Origin: Planctomycetota bacterium
Lineage (GTDB): Bacteria; Planctomycetota; JAMOSO01
NCBI GenBank assembly: GCA_027063065.1
Contig: JAMOSO010000003.1
Span: forward strand, 1,524-65,523
DNA length: 64,000 bases
Reading direction: 5' to 3'
The notes beneath the pieces were generated by a model that was given only the letters and a program-made list of their open reading frames with translations, had not been told where the DNA came from and ran no database searches. Positions 10,553 to 22,113 of this stretch are shown piece after piece (positions within the stretch are counted from its first letter, which is position 1; each line of letters starts with the position of its first letter). The position numbers were made by a program, and so were the translations under genes.

Positions 10553-11182
10553 TTAGCCTAACTTATTGGTTGAACGAATAAAAACATGTCCACCCTTGGG
10601 TCCTGGGACACCGCCCTTAACCACAATAAGAGACTTTTCGACGTCGATTTCAAGAACTTGTAAATTACGCATAGTAATACGTTTATTTCCGTATTGACCT
10701 GGCATTTTCTTACCCTTGATAGTTTTTCCTGGATCTGCACACATTCCGATAGAGCCTGGCTTTCTTTCCCAATCTCCACCATGCGATGCACGACCACCTC
10801 CGAATCCCCAGCGTTTTACAACACCAGAAAAACCGCGGCCTTTAGAAACACCCACAACATCGACGCTAGCAACATCAGCAAAGATGTTTACGTCTAAATC
10901 TTTCTCAACGTCAACTTCTTGACCATCATCAAGACGTACTTCACGTACAACTTGTTTAACAGCCTTACCGTTCTTAGCAGCCTTACCCGCTTCTGGTTTA
11001 TTAATACGTGATTTTTTCTTGTCACCAAAACCAATTTGGATCGCACTGTAACCATCCTTTTCAACCGTCTTGACCTGCAAGATTGGACAAGGACCTGCTT
11101 CAATTACTGTAGCCGGCACCAACTTACCATCTACAAAAAGATGAGTCATACCAAGCTTTTTTCCTAAAATTCCAGTCGCCAT
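10553..11182 (-). CDS. rplC: 50S ribosomal protein L3
   Basis: 209 aa, MATGILGKKLGMTHLF... classic L3. Confidence 0.95.
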   Translation of the reverse strand: MATGILGKKLGMTHLFVDGKLVPATVIEAGPCPILQVKTVEKDGYSAIQIGFGDKKKSRINKPEAGKAAKNGKAVKQVVREVRLDDGQEVDVEKDLDVNIFADVASVDVVGVSKGRGFSGVVKRWGFGGGRASHGGDWERKPGSIGMCADPGKTIKGKKMPGQYGNKRITMRNLQVLEIDVEKSLIVVKGGVPGPKGGHVFIRSTNKLG

Positions 11183-11190
11183 AATACTTC

Positions 11191-11505
11191 CTAGAATTTC
11201 TCTTTCAAACTAATTGAAATACCAGCCGGCATAGTCAAACGACCAACAGCATCAATAGTTTTAGGGGTCAAATCAAGCAAATCGACTAAACGTTTATGAG
11301 TACGAGCCTCAAATTGTTCACGCGACTTCTTGTTAACATGCGGAGAACGCAATACTGTATAACGTTCTATCCTTGTTGGAAGTGGGATTGGACCTGCGAC
11401 CTTGGCTCCAGATTTCTTAGCTGTTTCAACAATGTCAAAAGTAGCTTTATCTAGTAGCTCATGATCATAGGCTTCAATCTTTATCCGGATTCTTTCTCCA
11501 GCCAT
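11191..11505 (-). CDS. rpsJ: 30S ribosomal protein S10
   Basis: 104 aa, [16 protein letters not shown]... classic S10. First gene of S10 operon. Confidence 0.95.
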   Translation of the reverse strand: MAGERIRIKIEAYDHELLDKATFDIVETAKKSGAKVAGPIPLPTRIERYTVLRSPHVNKKSREQFEARTHKRLVDLLDLTPKTIDAVGRLTMPAGISISLKEKF

Positions 11506-11540
11506 AAGATCTTTTTCCTTTAATAAGGACCCATTGGATC

Positions 11541-11570
11541 AAAAAAAACACCCTCACACATTTGAGGGCC
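11541..11570 (-). terminator. Stem-loop (ccctca/tgaggg) followed on the minus strand by T8, 35 nt upstream of rpsJ start: intrinsic terminator or S10-leader attenuator
   Basis: Minus-strand reading ggccctca-aatgtg-tgagggtg-tttttttt. Leaves no room for a promoter between hairpin and rpsJ. Confidence 0.6.
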
Positions 11571-11574
11571 ATGT

Positions 11575-11602
11575 AATATATCGTTTTAAAATATATTTGC
11601 AA
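11575..11602 (-). promoter_or_regulatory. Candidate sigma-70 promoter of S10 operon (TTGCAA-N16-TATATT), upstream of the leader hairpin
   Basis: Minus strand: TTGCAA (complement of 11597-11602), 16-nt spacer, TATATT (complement of 11575-11580). Confidence 0.4.
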
Positions 11603-11621
11603 TAAATTTTATTTTTTTATT

Positions 11622-11660
11622 AAAAAAAATAGCCCTCTTTATTTGAGGGCTATTTTTTAA
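11622..11660 (-). terminator. Bidirectional intrinsic terminator (8-bp GC-rich stem tagccctc/gagggcta, loop tttattt, T-runs on both sides) immediately downstream of rpsL
   Basis: Perfect hairpin 11630-11652 flanked by A8 upstream and T6 downstream on plus strand (so T-run on both strands). Confidence 0.7.
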
Positions 11661-11675
11661 GAATAAATATTTTAT

Positions 11676-12050
11676 TTATTTTTTAGGACGTTTTGCACCA
11701 TACTTTGAACGACCTTGTCTGCGCGACTCTACACCTGTAGCATCATAAACACCGCGCACAACGTGATAACGCACACCTGGAAGATCACGAACACGACCAC
11801 CACGCACCAATACGATACTATGCTCTTGTAAATTATGACCTTCACCACCGATATAGGCAGTTATTTCTTTCCCGTTAGAAAGACGAACACGCGCAATCTT
11901 ACGCAATGCCGAATTAGGCTTCTTTGGGGTTTGAGTTTTCACCTGAGTACATACACCACGCTTAAAAGCACAGCTTTCAAGCACAGGTGAATTAGAACGT
12001 TTTTTTACTTTAACGCGACCCTTACGGACCAGTTGATTAATTGTTGGCAT
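11676..12050 (-). CDS. rpsL: 30S ribosomal protein S12
   Basis: 124 aa, [12 protein letters not shown]... classic S12. Start codon lies 14 nt inside the 3' end of the rpoBC ORF. Confidence 0.95.
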   Translation of the reverse strand: MPTINQLVRKGRVKVKKRSNSPVLESCAFKRGVCTQVKTQTPKKPNSALRKIARVRLSNGKEITAYIGGEGHNLQEHSIVLVRGGRVRDLPGVRYHVVRGVYDATGVESRRQGRSKYGAKRPKK

Positions 12051-15000
12051 TTACCAATTCTCCTTCAGTTTCTAAATCAGTTTTAACTTCTTCTTCAAGG
12101 ATTTCAGGTGCTTGAATTTTAAGCGGAGCCTTGAAAAGAGATTGTAATCCCGTTCCTGCAGGAATTACATGTCCCAGTATAACGTTTTCTTTTAAACCGA
12201 CAAGGTTATCTACCTTACCAGTAATAGCGGCATCAGTCAAAACCTTAGTAGTTTCTTGGAATGAAGCTGCCGATATAAAACTCTGGGAATTAATAGCCGC
12301 CTTAGTAACACCTAATAATGCTGGTGTTCCTGTGGGTGGCTGTTTTTTTGCTTCGATAAGACGCGCAACCTCAGATTTGAATAGCCATTTATCGACTTCT
12401 TCATTTGCAAGGAAACGACTATCTCCGGGATCTTCAACGTGAACCTTAGACAATTGGGCACGATTAATAATTTCTATATGCTTATCATCGATTCGCACGT
12501 TCTGGGTTGAGTATACACCTTGAACTTCTTTTAATAGATAACGTTGCAATTCTTCTTCACCCAAAATAGCAAGAATATCCTGCAAAACTAAAGGTCCATC
12601 AACTAGACCTTCACCTTTTTTAATAGGATCTCCAGTATGTACTCGCAAGTGCTTACCTTGAGGTATCAAATACTCTTTAGTAATGTCCGCATCTACGTTA
12701 GAAACTCTAACTACGCGTTTACCACGTTTTTTGTCACCTATTTCCACAATGCCGTCTATTTCAGATAGAATTGCTGGCTCTTTAGGTTTTCGAGCTTCAA
12801 ATAACTCTGTTACACGTGGTAAACCACCAGTAATATCCTGAGTACCTGCAATCTCACGAGGTGTTTTTGCCAAGACTGCACCAGCTTTTATCTCGGTACC
12901 TTCTTGCGCCTCTAAATGCGCTTTCTCTTGGATTCCATATATGCCCGCAACTTCACCATCTGCAGTTTCAATTACAATTTGAGGATGATAGTCACCTTTA
13001 TGTTCCATAATAACAGAACGTTTAATACCACTGGTATCAACTTCTTCTTTCATAGTAATATCCGCTATAATATCTTCATAACGCACCTTACCTGCATGCT
13101 CTGAAATAATAGGCACCATATGTGGATCCCATTTAGCAAGAACATCTTTAGATTTGACTTTATCACCATTAGCAACAGGTATTTCCGCACCTGTTGGAAC
13201 AGCGTATCTTTCAATCTCACGACCTTTAGTATCTTGTACTGCAATGAAACCATTACGATTTAATACTAATGACTTACCTTCCTCATTGAACACTGTTTTT
13301 AAATTGTCATAAACAACAATTCCAGATTTCTTAGCATGAAACTCTGACTCTTGCAATGCACGAGAGGCAGTTCCACCAATGTGGAAAGTACGCATGGTAA
13401 GCTGAGTTCCTGGCTCTCCAATTGACTGCGCTGCAATAATTCCAACTGCCGTTCCAGGTTCAACCATAGAACCAGTAGAAAGCATCATACCATAACATTT
13501 AGCACAAATACCCCTATCAGCCTCACAAGTTAAAGGTGAACGCACACGTATCTTGTCATAATTTAACGCTTCAATCTTTTTAGCTATTTCTTGAGTAATT
13601 AATTCTGACTCTTTAACAATCACTTCACCGGTTACAATATCAACAATTGTATCTCTAGCAACACGACCATAGATATTTGTACTCAAAGATACATCAATCT
13701 CGTCTCCACGATATACGACTCCTTTAGTAATACCCCTAAGAGTACCACAATCAGTCATAGTAATTACCTGGTTTTGAGAAACATCAACTAATTTACGCGT
13801 TAAATAACCTGAATCCGCTGTTTTTAAAGCAGTATCAGCCAAGCCCTTTCGTGCACCGTGTGATGATGAAAAGTACTCGAATCCACGTAAACCTTCTTTA
13901 AAGTTTGATTTAATAGGAGTCTCAATAATATCACCATTAGGCTTAGCCATCAATCCACGCATACCAGCTAACTGACGAATCTGCTGTTTAGAACCACGAG
14001 CTCCAGAATCCGCCATAATATAAACAGGATTCATAGGACCATCATCATTCGGCATCTGATCTTTAAGAGTTTGCATCATAGACTCACCAATTTGTTCTGT
14101 AACATGAGTCCAAATGTCAATAATTTGATTGTAACGCTCCATACGGGTTAAAGCACCCATCTTAAAATCACGCTCAATCTTTTTAACTTGTTTATCACCA
14201 GCCGCTAACAAAGTAGCTTTATCATCAGGTATTACCATATCAGCATGGCCAAAAGAAATACCCGCAAGAGTTGCTTGCTGATAACCAAGCGATTTTAAAT
14301 CATCAATCAATTTAATTGTTGGAATACGACCATTTATAGCATAACAATCGGCAATCACATCTTTAAGAACACCTTTTTTCATAGCCTTATTATAAAAAGG
14401 CATATTTTTTGGTAAAATGTTATCAAAAATAACGCGACCAACCATAGTTTCAACTAAACGACCTTTTCCACCACTAATTGAACCATCAGTTAAGACTTTA
14501 CGACCTTCTTCTAAACCTATCAAAATTCGATCATGAATTTTAATTACATTTTGAGCATAAGCCATCAAAACTTCTTCATTGTTACTGAAAATCTTTGTAG
14601 CTTCCTTACTACCGTTTGGTAAGCCTGTAATAAAGTAACAACCCAATACTATATCCTGTGAAGGACTTAGCGTAGGTTCGCCAGAAGCAGGTGAAAAAAT
14701 ATTTTGCGGAGCCATCATCAGTAAGAAAGCTTCAACCTTTGCCTCTTGAGACAACGGTAAATGCACAGCCATCTGATCACCATCAAAGTCCGCATTAAAA
14801 CCACCACAAACTAAAGGATGCAACTGAATAGCCTTACCTTCAATTAAAACTGGTTCAAAAGCTTGAATTCCAAGACGATGCAATGTTGGTGCTCGATTAA
14901 GCATTACAGGATGATTTTTAATCACATCTTCTACAATGCCCCAAATTTCCTCATCTTGTCTATCAATCATCTTGCGAGCACTCTTAATAGTGTCACATAA

Positions 15001-18000
15001 ACCACGATCTTTCAACCTGCGAATAATAAATGGTTGATAAAGTTCCAAGGCAATGCGTTTAGGCAATCCACATTGATGCAATTTTAATTCAGGTCCCACA
15101 ACAATTACAGAACGGGCTGAATAATCCACACGCTTACCTAATAAATTGCCACGGAATCTACCCTGCTTACCTTTAATCATATCAGTTAATGATTTCAGAG
15201 GACGATTACCTGTTCCCAATACAGCACGCTTACAACGAGCATTATCAAATAAAGCATCAACTGCTTGTTGTAGCATACGTTTTTCATTTTTGATAATAAT
15301 TTCTGGAGCATTTAAATCCATTAGATTTTTCAATCTATTATTACGATTAATTACTCGCCTATACAAATCATTCAAATCACTTGTAGCAAAATTACCTGAT
15401 TCCAAAGGAATAAGAGGTCGCAATTCAGGAGGTATAACGGGTATCACATTAAATATCATATCTTCTGGTTTATTTAATGATTCACCAAAGGCCTCTACTA
15501 TGCGCAAACGTTTGATAATATTCTTTTTAGTTTGTTGAGATTTTGTTTTTTCAAAATTTTCTCTTAACTCTACTGCCATTTTAACAACGTCAATAGTAGA
15601 TAAAATATCACGTATTGCTTCTGCACCCATAGCTGCACGGAACTCTGCACCAAACTTAGCACGAGTTTCTGCATACTCTTCTTCAGAAAGTATTTCACAA
15701 AATTTCAACGGAGTATCACCCGTTTCAATAACTATATATTTTTGGAAATAAATAACTTGCTGTAAATCAATTGTTTTAATGTCTAGCAAATTAGCAATTT
15801 TAGAAGGAATAGCCTTAAAAAACCAAATATGCGCAACTGGAGCAGCTAAATTAATGTGCCCCATTCTTTCACGACGCACTTTAGACCTAACTACAGATAC
15901 GCCACAACGGTCACAAGTAATACCTTTATATTTGATACCTTTATGCTTGCCACAAAAACATTCCCAGTCCTTAGTAGGCCCAAAAATCTTTTCACAAAAC
16001 AAGCCGTCACGTTCTGCACGGAACGAACGGTAATTGATAGTTTCTGGTTTTTTAACTTCACCATGACTCCAAGACCGCACTTCCTCAGCTTTGGCAATAG
16101 ATATACAAACTCGTGCAATATCATTAATTTTATCTATTTCACCTGTTTCAGGGGCTGCAGCTTCAACAGCGTCTGCCAACTCTGTTCCCGCGAAAATATC
16201 TTCTGTATCTGATTGATGTTTTTCAGTACGTAAATTTAAACCCAAACCACGGATTTCATTAACTAATACTTGAAAAGAAACTGGAGTACCAGATTCTAAA
16301 ACATTTTTTCCTCGAATCATAGATTCGTATATTTTTGTTCTTCCATCAACATCGTCAGATTTTACAGTCAAAAGTTCTTGTAAAATAGATGCTGCTCCAT
16401 AAGCCTCTAAAGCCCAAACTTCCATTTCTCCAAAACGCTGACCACCCATTCTAGCTTTACCGCCTAATGGTTGTTGCGTAATCAAAGAATAAGGACCTGT
16501 ACCACGTGCATGAATTTTGTCTTGCACTAAATGATGCAATTTCAACATATACATCACGCCAACAGTTGTACGTTGTTTAAACTTCTCACCCGTACGACCA
16601 TCATAAAGTTGTGATTTACCGCTTGGATTCATGCCCGCTTCGTTTAAAGCTTCGGCTATATCCTCTTTATTAGCACCAGTAAATACTGGAGTAATAGCTT
16701 GATATCCCATTAGCTTAGCTGCAAAGCCTAAGTGAGTTTCCAAAATCTGACCGACATTCATTCGCGATGGTACGCCTAACGGATTTAAACATATATCAAC
16801 GGGAGTACCATCTTCCAAGAATGGCATATCTTCTTGAGGCATTACCCTTGATACAACACCTTTATTTCCGTGTCGACCCGCCATTTTATCACCAGCTTGT
16901 AATTTTAACTTTCTAGCAACATAAACTTTAACAAGCTCTAACACTCCATGAGGAAGTTCATCACCATAACGCAAGTTATTTAATGCTTTCTCTTTTTCTG
17001 CACACAAAGCTGACACACCTGCATCATACTCTAAAATTGCATCTTTACATTGCCTTTCCTTGCCAGGTTCAAATTTAATATCTTCAACCTTCAAACTCTC
17101 TGAAATAGCAATGTACTCATCAGCTTTAAGACCCATAGGTAAAACACCAACCTTACGACCTTTAACATCAACAAGAGGTGCCCCATTAAGTTCTTCAAGT
17201 GTAGCAAATTTTTTCTTAATTAATTTAATAATTTTCTCATTACTCTCTTCGCGTACAACCTTAAGTTTTGCTGTCGGAGCTCTACGTCTTGGTGCGCCAT
17301 CTTCACCGCCACCATTTCGCTTAAACTTCTTAACATTAACTACAGTGCCAATAACACCTGGTTTAACGCTCAAAGAATCATTTTTTACATCTTCAGCTGA
17401 TTTACCGAAAATTGAATATAATAATTTTTCTTCTGGCGTTAAATCGCTTTTAGATCTCGGTGCAATTTTCCCTACTAAAATATCTCCAGGATTAACTTTA
17501 GTACCAATAGCTACTACGCCACTGTCATCTAAATTTGCCAAGGCGTCTTCTGGAACATTAGGTATATCACGAGTAAATTCTTCTTGACCTAACTTAGTCG
17601 CCCTAATTTCAGCAGAAAAACACTCTATATGAATAGAAGTAAATGTGTCATTTTTTAATAAATTTTCATTTACTAAAATAGCGTCTTCAAAGTTATAACC
17701 TTCCCAAGGTACAAACGCCACTGTAATGTTTTTACCTAAGGCCAAAACACCACCGTCAGTTGCAGGGCCGTCCGAAATAACCTGTCCAGCACTAACCTTT
17801 TCACCAACTTTTACCAATGGTTTTTGATTAATACAAGTACGCTCATTCAAACCCTCAAACTTACGCAATTTATATTCTTTGTCACCTATCACAATTAAAT
17901 TAGATTGAACTTTTGTAACTGTCCCTGCTTCCTCAGCAATGACAATCATTCCAGAATTTTTAGCAATTTCTGCCTCCATTCCTGTAGCAACCCAAGGTTG

Positions 18001-19890
18001 TTCAGTACGCAACAAAGGCACTGCTTGACGTTGCATATTAGATCCCATCAATGCACGATTAGCGTCATCATGCTCTAAGAAAGGTATCAAAGAAGCTGAT
18101 ACACCAACCAATTGTTTAGTTGATATATCCATTAATGTAACTTTTGATGAAGCAACTAATTTTACATCTTGTTGATTTCTAACTAATACTTGATCAGGAA
18201 CAATACGATTACCGTCCATCTCAACGTCTGCTTGCACAATAAATTGATCTTCTTCTTCATCAGCACGCATTTCTACTAATTCATCGGTAACGCACCCGTC
18301 TACTACCTTACGATAAGGAGTTACAATAAATCCCATATCATTTATAGATGCATAAATAGATAAAGACACAATCAAGCCAATATTAGCGCCCTCTGGTGTC
18401 TCAATAGGACATACTCGCCCGTAATGAGACATGTGAACATCTCGCACCTCAAAGCCTGCGCGTTTACGATTAAGACCACCTGGCCCCAAAGCAGAAAGTC
18501 TGCGTTCATTTGTTAACTGCGAAAGCGGGTTTGATTGATCGACAATATGAGATAATTCACCGCGACTAAAGAAATACTCAATAGCTGATGAAACAGCCTG
18601 GGACTGAACCAATGAACGAGGAGTTAAACGATCCTCGTTTTTTAAAGTCATTTTTTCTTTAACACCACGAGTTAAACGCAATAATCCACGTTGTATTTCC
18701 ATGCCTAACATCTGATCTATTGTTCGCACACGACGATTACCTAAATGATCGATATCATCTAAATGCGCGCCGTTACTTCCCGAACGTATATCAAGCAAAT
18801 ATTGAACAATGCCTTGCATATCAGTTTGAGTCAAAGTAAAAATTTGTTCGTCTACATTGACATTTAACTTACGATTTAAACGAAATCGACCAATATTTCC
18901 TAAATTATAACGAGAAGGATTCTCAAATCTTTCTTCAAATAATTCTCTCGCTTTATCAATAGGAGCCGGACTACGAGGGCGTACTTGCTGATATATTCTA
19001 ATTTTGGCTTCGTCGGCACTTTTTGTAGTATCCTGACGAATAGTATTCAATAACAAATCATCTTTAACTTCTTTAATAACAGAAAAACTTTTCAGTCCTG
19101 TTGACTCAATAGCTGCTATCATTTCTTCAGGAATCACTTCTTTTGACTCAAGAAGAACCTCACCCGTATTAGGATCGATAATATCTTCAACTAAAACACA
19201 GTTCGCCAATTGTTTGTAATCTGATTTTGAATTAATATTTATAGTTTCCACATTATAAAAACATGAAAGAATATCCTTATCGCTACTATTTTCACCCATG
19301 GTAGCGCGTAAAAAACAAGTGGCAACTACTTTGACACGTTGATCAATTTTTAAACGTAAAATATTACGATTAGTAACTTCCAACTCCATCCATGAGCCCA
19401 TTTCAGGTATAATGCGACAAGTAACTAATTTTTGACCTGATGGATGTGTAATTTCTGCAAAATCCACTCCTGGAGAACGCTGAATTTGTGATACGACAAC
19501 GCGTTCAGCACCATTTATCAAAAATTCACCGCCACCTATCATTTTGGGAACTTCACATAAATAGATAGATTCTTCGACTGACTCATCGTCACGTGTAAAA
19601 CGCAACCAAAGTTTAAGTGGATATGAATAGGTTAGACCTAAATCTCTACACTGTTGTACAGTGAAACGTGGCTCTCCCAATTCGTACTTGATGTACTCAA
19701 GAGCCATCGAGCCATCATAGCTCGATATGGGGAATAGCTCGCTAAATATTTTTTCGAGGCCTACATGTTGACGATCACAATATAGAACATCTTTTTGGAG
19801 GAAGGATTGATAAGACTTTCGCTGAATATCAGTTAATGTTCCAACTTTTGCGATAGATTCAACCTTTTTACCGTAGTGACGGATTTCCAT
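12037..19890 (-). CDS. rpoBC: DNA-directed RNA polymerase beta-beta' fusion protein (RpoB-RpoC single polypeptide, 2617 aa)
   Basis: Single uninterrupted ORF. N-terminal ~1225 aa carry RpoB motifs (…GPGGL…, NMQRQAVPL, …[18 protein letters not shown]…). After a linker (…[54 protein letters not shown]) comes the RpoC N-terminus ([16 protein letters not shown]…[11 protein letters not shown]…CFCGKHKG) and NADFDGD catalytic motif through to the C-terminus. Junction maps to roughly 16100-16220. Confidence 0.9.
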   Translation of the reverse strand: MEIRHYGKKVESIAKVGTLTDIQRKSYQSFLQKDVLYCDRQHVGLEKIFSELFPISSYDGSMALEYIKYELGEPRFTVQQCRDLGLTYSYPLKLWLRFTRDDESVEESIYLCEVPKMIGGGEFLINGAERVVVSQIQRSPGVDFAEITHPSGQKLVTCRIIPEMGSWMELEVTNRNILRLKIDQRVKVVATCFLRATMGENSSDKDILSCFYNVETININSKSDYKQLANCVLVEDIIDPNTGEVLLESKEVIPEEMIAAIESTGLKSFSVIKEVKDDLLLNTIRQDTTKSADEAKIRIYQQVRPRSPAPIDKARELFEERFENPSRYNLGNIGRFRLNRKLNVNVDEQIFTLTQTDMQGIVQYLLDIRSGSNGAHLDDIDHLGNRRVRTIDQMLGMEIQRGLLRLTRGVKEKMTLKNEDRLTPRSLVQSQAVSSAIEYFFSRGELSHIVDQSNPLSQLTNERRLSALGPGGLNRKRAGFEVRDVHMSHYGRVCPIETPEGANIGLIVSLSIYASINDMGFIVTPYRKVVDGCVTDELVEMRADEEEDQFIVQADVEMDGNRIVPDQVLVRNQQDVKLVASSKVTLMDISTKQLVGVSASLIPFLEHDDANRALMGSNMQRQAVPLLRTEQPWVATGMEAEIAKNSGMIVIAEEAGTVTKVQSNLIVIGDKEYKLRKFEGLNERTCINQKPLVKVGEKVSAGQVISDGPATDGGVLALGKNITVAFVPWEGYNFEDAILVNENLLKNDTFTSIHIECFSAEIRATKLGQEEFTRDIPNVPEDALANLDDSGVVAIGTKVNPGDILVGKIAPRSKSDLTPEEKLLYSIFGKSAEDVKNDSLSVKPGVIGTVVNVKKFKRNGGGEDGAPRRRAPTAKLKVVREESNEKIIKLIKKKFATLEELNGAPLVDVKGRKVGVLPMGLKADEYIAISESLKVEDIKFEPGKERQCKDAILEYDAGVSALCAEKEKALNNLRYGDELPHGVLELVKVYVARKLKLQAGDKMAGRHGNKGVVSRVMPQEDMPFLEDGTPVDICLNPLGVPSRMNVGQILETHLGFAAKLMGYQAITPVFTGANKEDIAEALNEAGMNPSGKSQLYDGRTGEKFKQRTTVGVMYMLKLHHLVQDKIHARGTGPYSLITQQPLGGKARMGGQRFGEMEVWALEAYGAASILQELLTVKSDDVDGRTKIYESMIRGKNVLESGTPVSFQVLVNEIRGLGLNLRTEKHQSDTEDIFAGTELADAVEAAAPETGEIDKINDIARVCISIAKAEEVRSWSHGEVKKPETINYRSFRAERDGLFCEKIFGPTKDWECFCGKHKGIKYKGITCDRCGVSVVRSKVRRERMGHINLAAPVAHIWFFKAIPSKIANLLDIKTIDLQQVIYFQKYIVIETGDTPLKFCEILSEEEYAETRAKFGAEFRAAMGAEAIRDILSTIDVVKMAVELRENFEKTKSQQTKKNIIKRLRIVEAFGESLNKPEDMIFNVIPVIPPELRPLIPLESGNFATSDLNDLYRRVINRNNRLKNLMDLNAPEIIIKNEKRMLQQAVDALFDNARCKRAVLGTGNRPLKSLTDMIKGKQGRFRGNLLGKRVDYSARSVIVVGPELKLHQCGLPKRIALELYQPFIIRRLKDRGLCDTIKSARKMIDRQDEEIWGIVEDVIKNHPVMLNRAPTLHRLGIQAFEPVLIEGKAIQLHPLVCGGFNADFDGDQMAVHLPLSQEAKVEAFLLMMAPQNIFSPASGEPTLSPSQDIVLGCYFITGLPNGSKEATKIFSNNEEVLMAYAQNVIKIHDRILIGLEEGRKVLTDGSISGGKGRLVETMVGRVIFDNILPKNMPFYNKAMKKGVLKDVIADCYAINGRIPTIKLIDDLKSLGYQQATLAGISFGHADMVIPDDKATLLAAGDKQVKKIERDFKMGALTRMERYNQIIDIWTHVTEQIGESMMQTLKDQMPNDDGPMNPVYIMADSGARGSKQQIRQLAGMRGLMAKPNGDIIETPIKSNFKEGLRGFEYFSSSHGARKGLADTALKTADSGYLTRKLVDVSQNQVITMTDCGTLRGITKGVVYRGDEIDVSLSTNIYGRVARDTIVDIVTGEVIVKESELITQEIAKKIEALNYDKIRVRSPLTCEADRGICAKCYGMMLSTGSMVEPGTAVGIIAAQSIGEPGTQLTMRTFHIGGTASRALQESEFHAKKSGIVVYDNLKTVFNEEGKSLVLNRNGFIAVQDTKGREIERYAVPTGAEIPVANGDKVKSKDVLAKWDPHMVPIISEHAGKVRYEDIIADITMKEEVDTSGIKRSVIMEHKGDYHPQIVIETADGEVAGIYGIQEKAHLEAQEGTEIKAGAVLAKTPREIAGTQDITGGLPRVTELFEARKPKEPAILSEIDGIVEIGDKKRGKRVVRVSNVDADITKEYLIPQGKHLRVHTGDPIKKGEGLVDGPLVLQDILAILGEEELQRYLLKEVQGVYSTQNVRIDDKHIEIINRAQLSKVHVEDPGDSRFLANEEVDKWLFKSEVARLIEAKKQPPTGTPALLGVTKAAINSQSFISAASFQETTKVLTDAAITGKVDNLVGLKENVILGHVIPAGTGLQSLFKAPLKIQAPEILEEEVKTDLETEGELVNANN

Positions 19891-19931
19891 CCGGACTCCT
19901 TAAGTAACAATTATTTTATTATATGAAAGAA

Positions 19932-19967
19932 CTATAGGAGACCACCTCGTCGAGGGGTCTCCTATAG
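19932..19967 (-). promoter_or_regulatory. Long stem-loop in the rplL-rpoB intergenic region (ctataggagacc…ggtctcctatag, 12+5 bp)
   Basis: 12-bp perfect inverted repeat with an inner 5-bp pair (cctcg/cgagg). Followed on minus strand by a short T-rich run. Position is equivalent to the E. coli rplL-rpoB attenuator/RNase III site. Confidence 0.5.
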
Positions 19968-19996
19968 AGAAAAGTAACTTATTGTGTTACGCAATA

Positions 19997-20404
19997 CTAC
20001 TTAAGCTCAACAGTAGCTCCAGCTTCTTCAAGTTCTTTCTTAAGCTTTTCAGCTTCGTCTTTTGAAGCGCCTTCTTTAATTGTAGCAGGTACAGCTTCAA
20101 CCATTTTCTTAGCATCGGCTAAACCAGCACCAGTAATACCACGAACTACTTTAATAACACCAATTTTTTTCTCACCGAAAGATGTCATTACTACATCAAA
20201 TTCAGTTTTTTCTTCAGCAGCTTCAGCACCACCTGCAACAGGCATCGCCATTGCAGCCATTGGAGCAGCAGCAGATACGCCAAATTTATCTTCTAAGGCT
20301 TTAACCATATCAGCAAGTTCAATAACAGACAACTCAGCGATTTGATCAATAAGTTTTTGCACTGCTTCACTTACTTCTACTGCTTCTTTTGTTTCTTCAG
20401 ACAT
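19997..20404 (-). CDS. rplL: 50S ribosomal protein L7/L12
   Basis: 135 aa, Ala/Glu-rich, conserved L7/L12 N- and C-terminal domains. Confidence 0.95.
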   Translation of the reverse strand: MSEETKEAVEVSEAVQKLIDQIAELSVIELADMVKALEDKFGVSAAAPMAAMAMPVAGGAEAAEEKTEFDVVMTSFGEKKIGVIKVVRGITGAGLADAKKMVEAVPATIKEGASKDEAEKLKKELEEAGATVELK

Positions 20405-20452
20405 TTTATTCTCCGTTGAATATATTTATATATATTTATTTAAATTTAAAAA

Positions 20453-20971
20453 TTAAGCTTCTTCGTTTTTGTCTTTAATGGCATTAAGCACATTTCCGAG
20501 ACCACGGATAGGACCTGCAAGTACAGTGGCCAATCCAGTTATAGGACCGTTCATCACACTTAACAATTGAGATAGTAAAATTTCGCGTGGTGGAATTTTT
20601 GCTAATTTAGCAATATCCTTATCGGTCATTAACTCACCTAAACAAAAACCACCTTTAACTACCACCGTATCATTTGCTTTTGCTAAATCACTAGCTTGTT
20701 GAGAAATAACAACAGGATCTGCGCCAGTAACAACCGCAGTTGGACCTTTACAAAACTCTGAAACACTAGCTGCATCAGTATCGCATAAAGCCACTTTTAA
20801 CAAACGATTATTTACCACTCTTAATTTAGCATCAGCAGCTGCAAGTTTTTTACGGAAATTATATGTTGCCTCAGAATTCAATCTCGAACAATCAATAAAA
20901 ACCATATTTTCACTAGCACCAACACTAGACTCAAAATCTTTTACTGCATAAGTATTTAGTACACTTGGCAT
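20453..20971 (-). CDS. rplJ: 50S ribosomal protein L10
   Basis: 172 aa, L10 family. Operon position upstream of rplL. Confidence 0.9.
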   Translation of the reverse strand: MPSVLNTYAVKDFESSVGASENMVFIDCSRLNSEATYNFRKKLAAADAKLRVVNNRLLKVALCDTDAASVSEFCKGPTAVVTGADPVVISQQASDLAKANDTVVVKGGFCLGELMTDKDIAKLAKIPPREILLSQLLSVMNGPITGLATVLAGPIRGLGNVLNAIKDKNEEA

Positions 20972-20980
20972 AATTCCTCC

Positions 20981-21658
20981 TTACACAGCGATACTAACGC
21001 CAGGTCCCATAGTTGACGATAAACTGATACCTGAAATATAAGTACCTTTAACAGCTGTTGGCCGTAATTCTTTGATATGTTTAATAAACGCCTCAACATT
21101 CTGACAAAGTTTATCTTCATCAAAATCAGACTTACCAACAGATATTTGAATATTGCCAGCATCATCATTTCTAAATTCAACCTTACCAGCTTTAAATTCT
21201 GATATAGCATCTGCTATATTTGGAGTAACCGTTCCGCTTTTAGGGGAAGGCATTTTACCTTGAGGCCCCAAAACTTTACCTAGCTTACCTACAAAACGCA
21301 TCATACTAGGATGAGCAATCACAATATCAAAATCCAACCATCCATCTGCAACTTTATTGGCTAATTCTTCACCACCAACTTCATCTGCACCTGCGTCTTT
21401 AGCTGCTTGAGCCATTGACTCGTCTACAAAAGCTATAATTTTGACATTTTTACCTGTGCCATTTGGCAAGCCAAAAGCACCACGTACTAATTGGTCCGCC
21501 TTTTTGGCATCAATTTCCAATTTTATAGCAATATCTAAATTCTCATTAAATCCAGCATTAGATGTTGATTTAACTAGCGCTACAGCATCCTTTACTGAGT
21601 AATTAATTTTCTCTTCGACCTTAGAGGCAAGAGCTTTATAGCGTTTACTGCGCTTCAT
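20981..21658 (-). CDS. rplA: 50S ribosomal protein L1
   Basis: 225 aa, L1 conserved sequence (…KFVGKLGKVLGPQGKMP…). Confidence 0.95.
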   Translation of the reverse strand: MKRSKRYKALASKVEEKINYSVKDAVALVKSTSNAGFNENLDIAIKLEIDAKKADQLVRGAFGLPNGTGKNVKIIAFVDESMAQAAKDAGADEVGGEELANKVADGWLDFDIVIAHPSMMRFVGKLGKVLGPQGKMPSPKSGTVTPNIADAISEFKAGKVEFRNDDAGNIQISVGKSDFDEDKLCQNVEAFIKHIKELRPTAVKGTYISGISLSSTMGPGVSIAV

Positions 21659-21660
21659 TT

Positions 21661-22098
21661 TTACTCCTCTACCGTTAGGCCAATACTTCTAGCTGTGCCA
21701 GAAATAACTTTAAAACCAGCTTCATCACTAAAGATTCTTAAATCTTCACGTTTAGCATTAACAATTTCCATAACTTGCTCGCGCGTAACCGAGCCAACAA
21801 TTTCACTACCTACATTAGAAGCACCTTTAGCTACACCAGCTGCTTTTTTAAGCAGAACTGCTGCAGGAGGACTTTTAAGTATGAAATCGAAGGAGCGATC
21901 TTCATACACAGAAATTTCTACTGGTATCACTGTACCACGAGATTCCTGCGTTCTATCATTAAACTGCTTGACAAAGTCCCCAATTGGAACTCCGTGCTGA
22001 CCCAAAGCGGGACCCACTGGAGGTGCAGGCGTTGCCTGACCACCAGTGATCTGCAGTTTGATTTTGGCTTTTAAGGCTTTGCCTTTTGCTTTTGCCAC
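21661..22098 (-). CDS. rplK: 50S ribosomal protein L11
   Basis: 145 aa, [37 protein letters not shown]... classic L11. Confidence 0.95.
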   Translation of the reverse strand: MAKAKGKALKAKIKLQITGGQATPAPPVGPALGQHGVPIGDFVKQFNDRTQESRGTVIPVEISVYEDRSFDFILKSPPAAVLLKKAAGVAKGASNVGSEIVGSVTREQVMEIVNAKREDLRIFSDEAGFKVISGTARSIGLTVEE

Positions 22099-22113
22099 TA
22101 TACAAACTCCGTA

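Noticed and set aside
12131-17587. Several 60-175-aa ORFs on the plus strand inside rpoBC (12131-12442, 15146-15538, 15856-16212, 17060-17587 and others)
   Set aside because: All are antisense to the continuous, strongly conserved rpoBC reading frame. Ser/Leu/Phe-rich translations typical of antisense frames of AT-rich genes.
20956-21210. 84-aa minus-strand ORF overlapping the rplJ/rplA junction
   Set aside because: Out-of-frame overlap with two well-conserved ribosomal-protein genes. Spurious.
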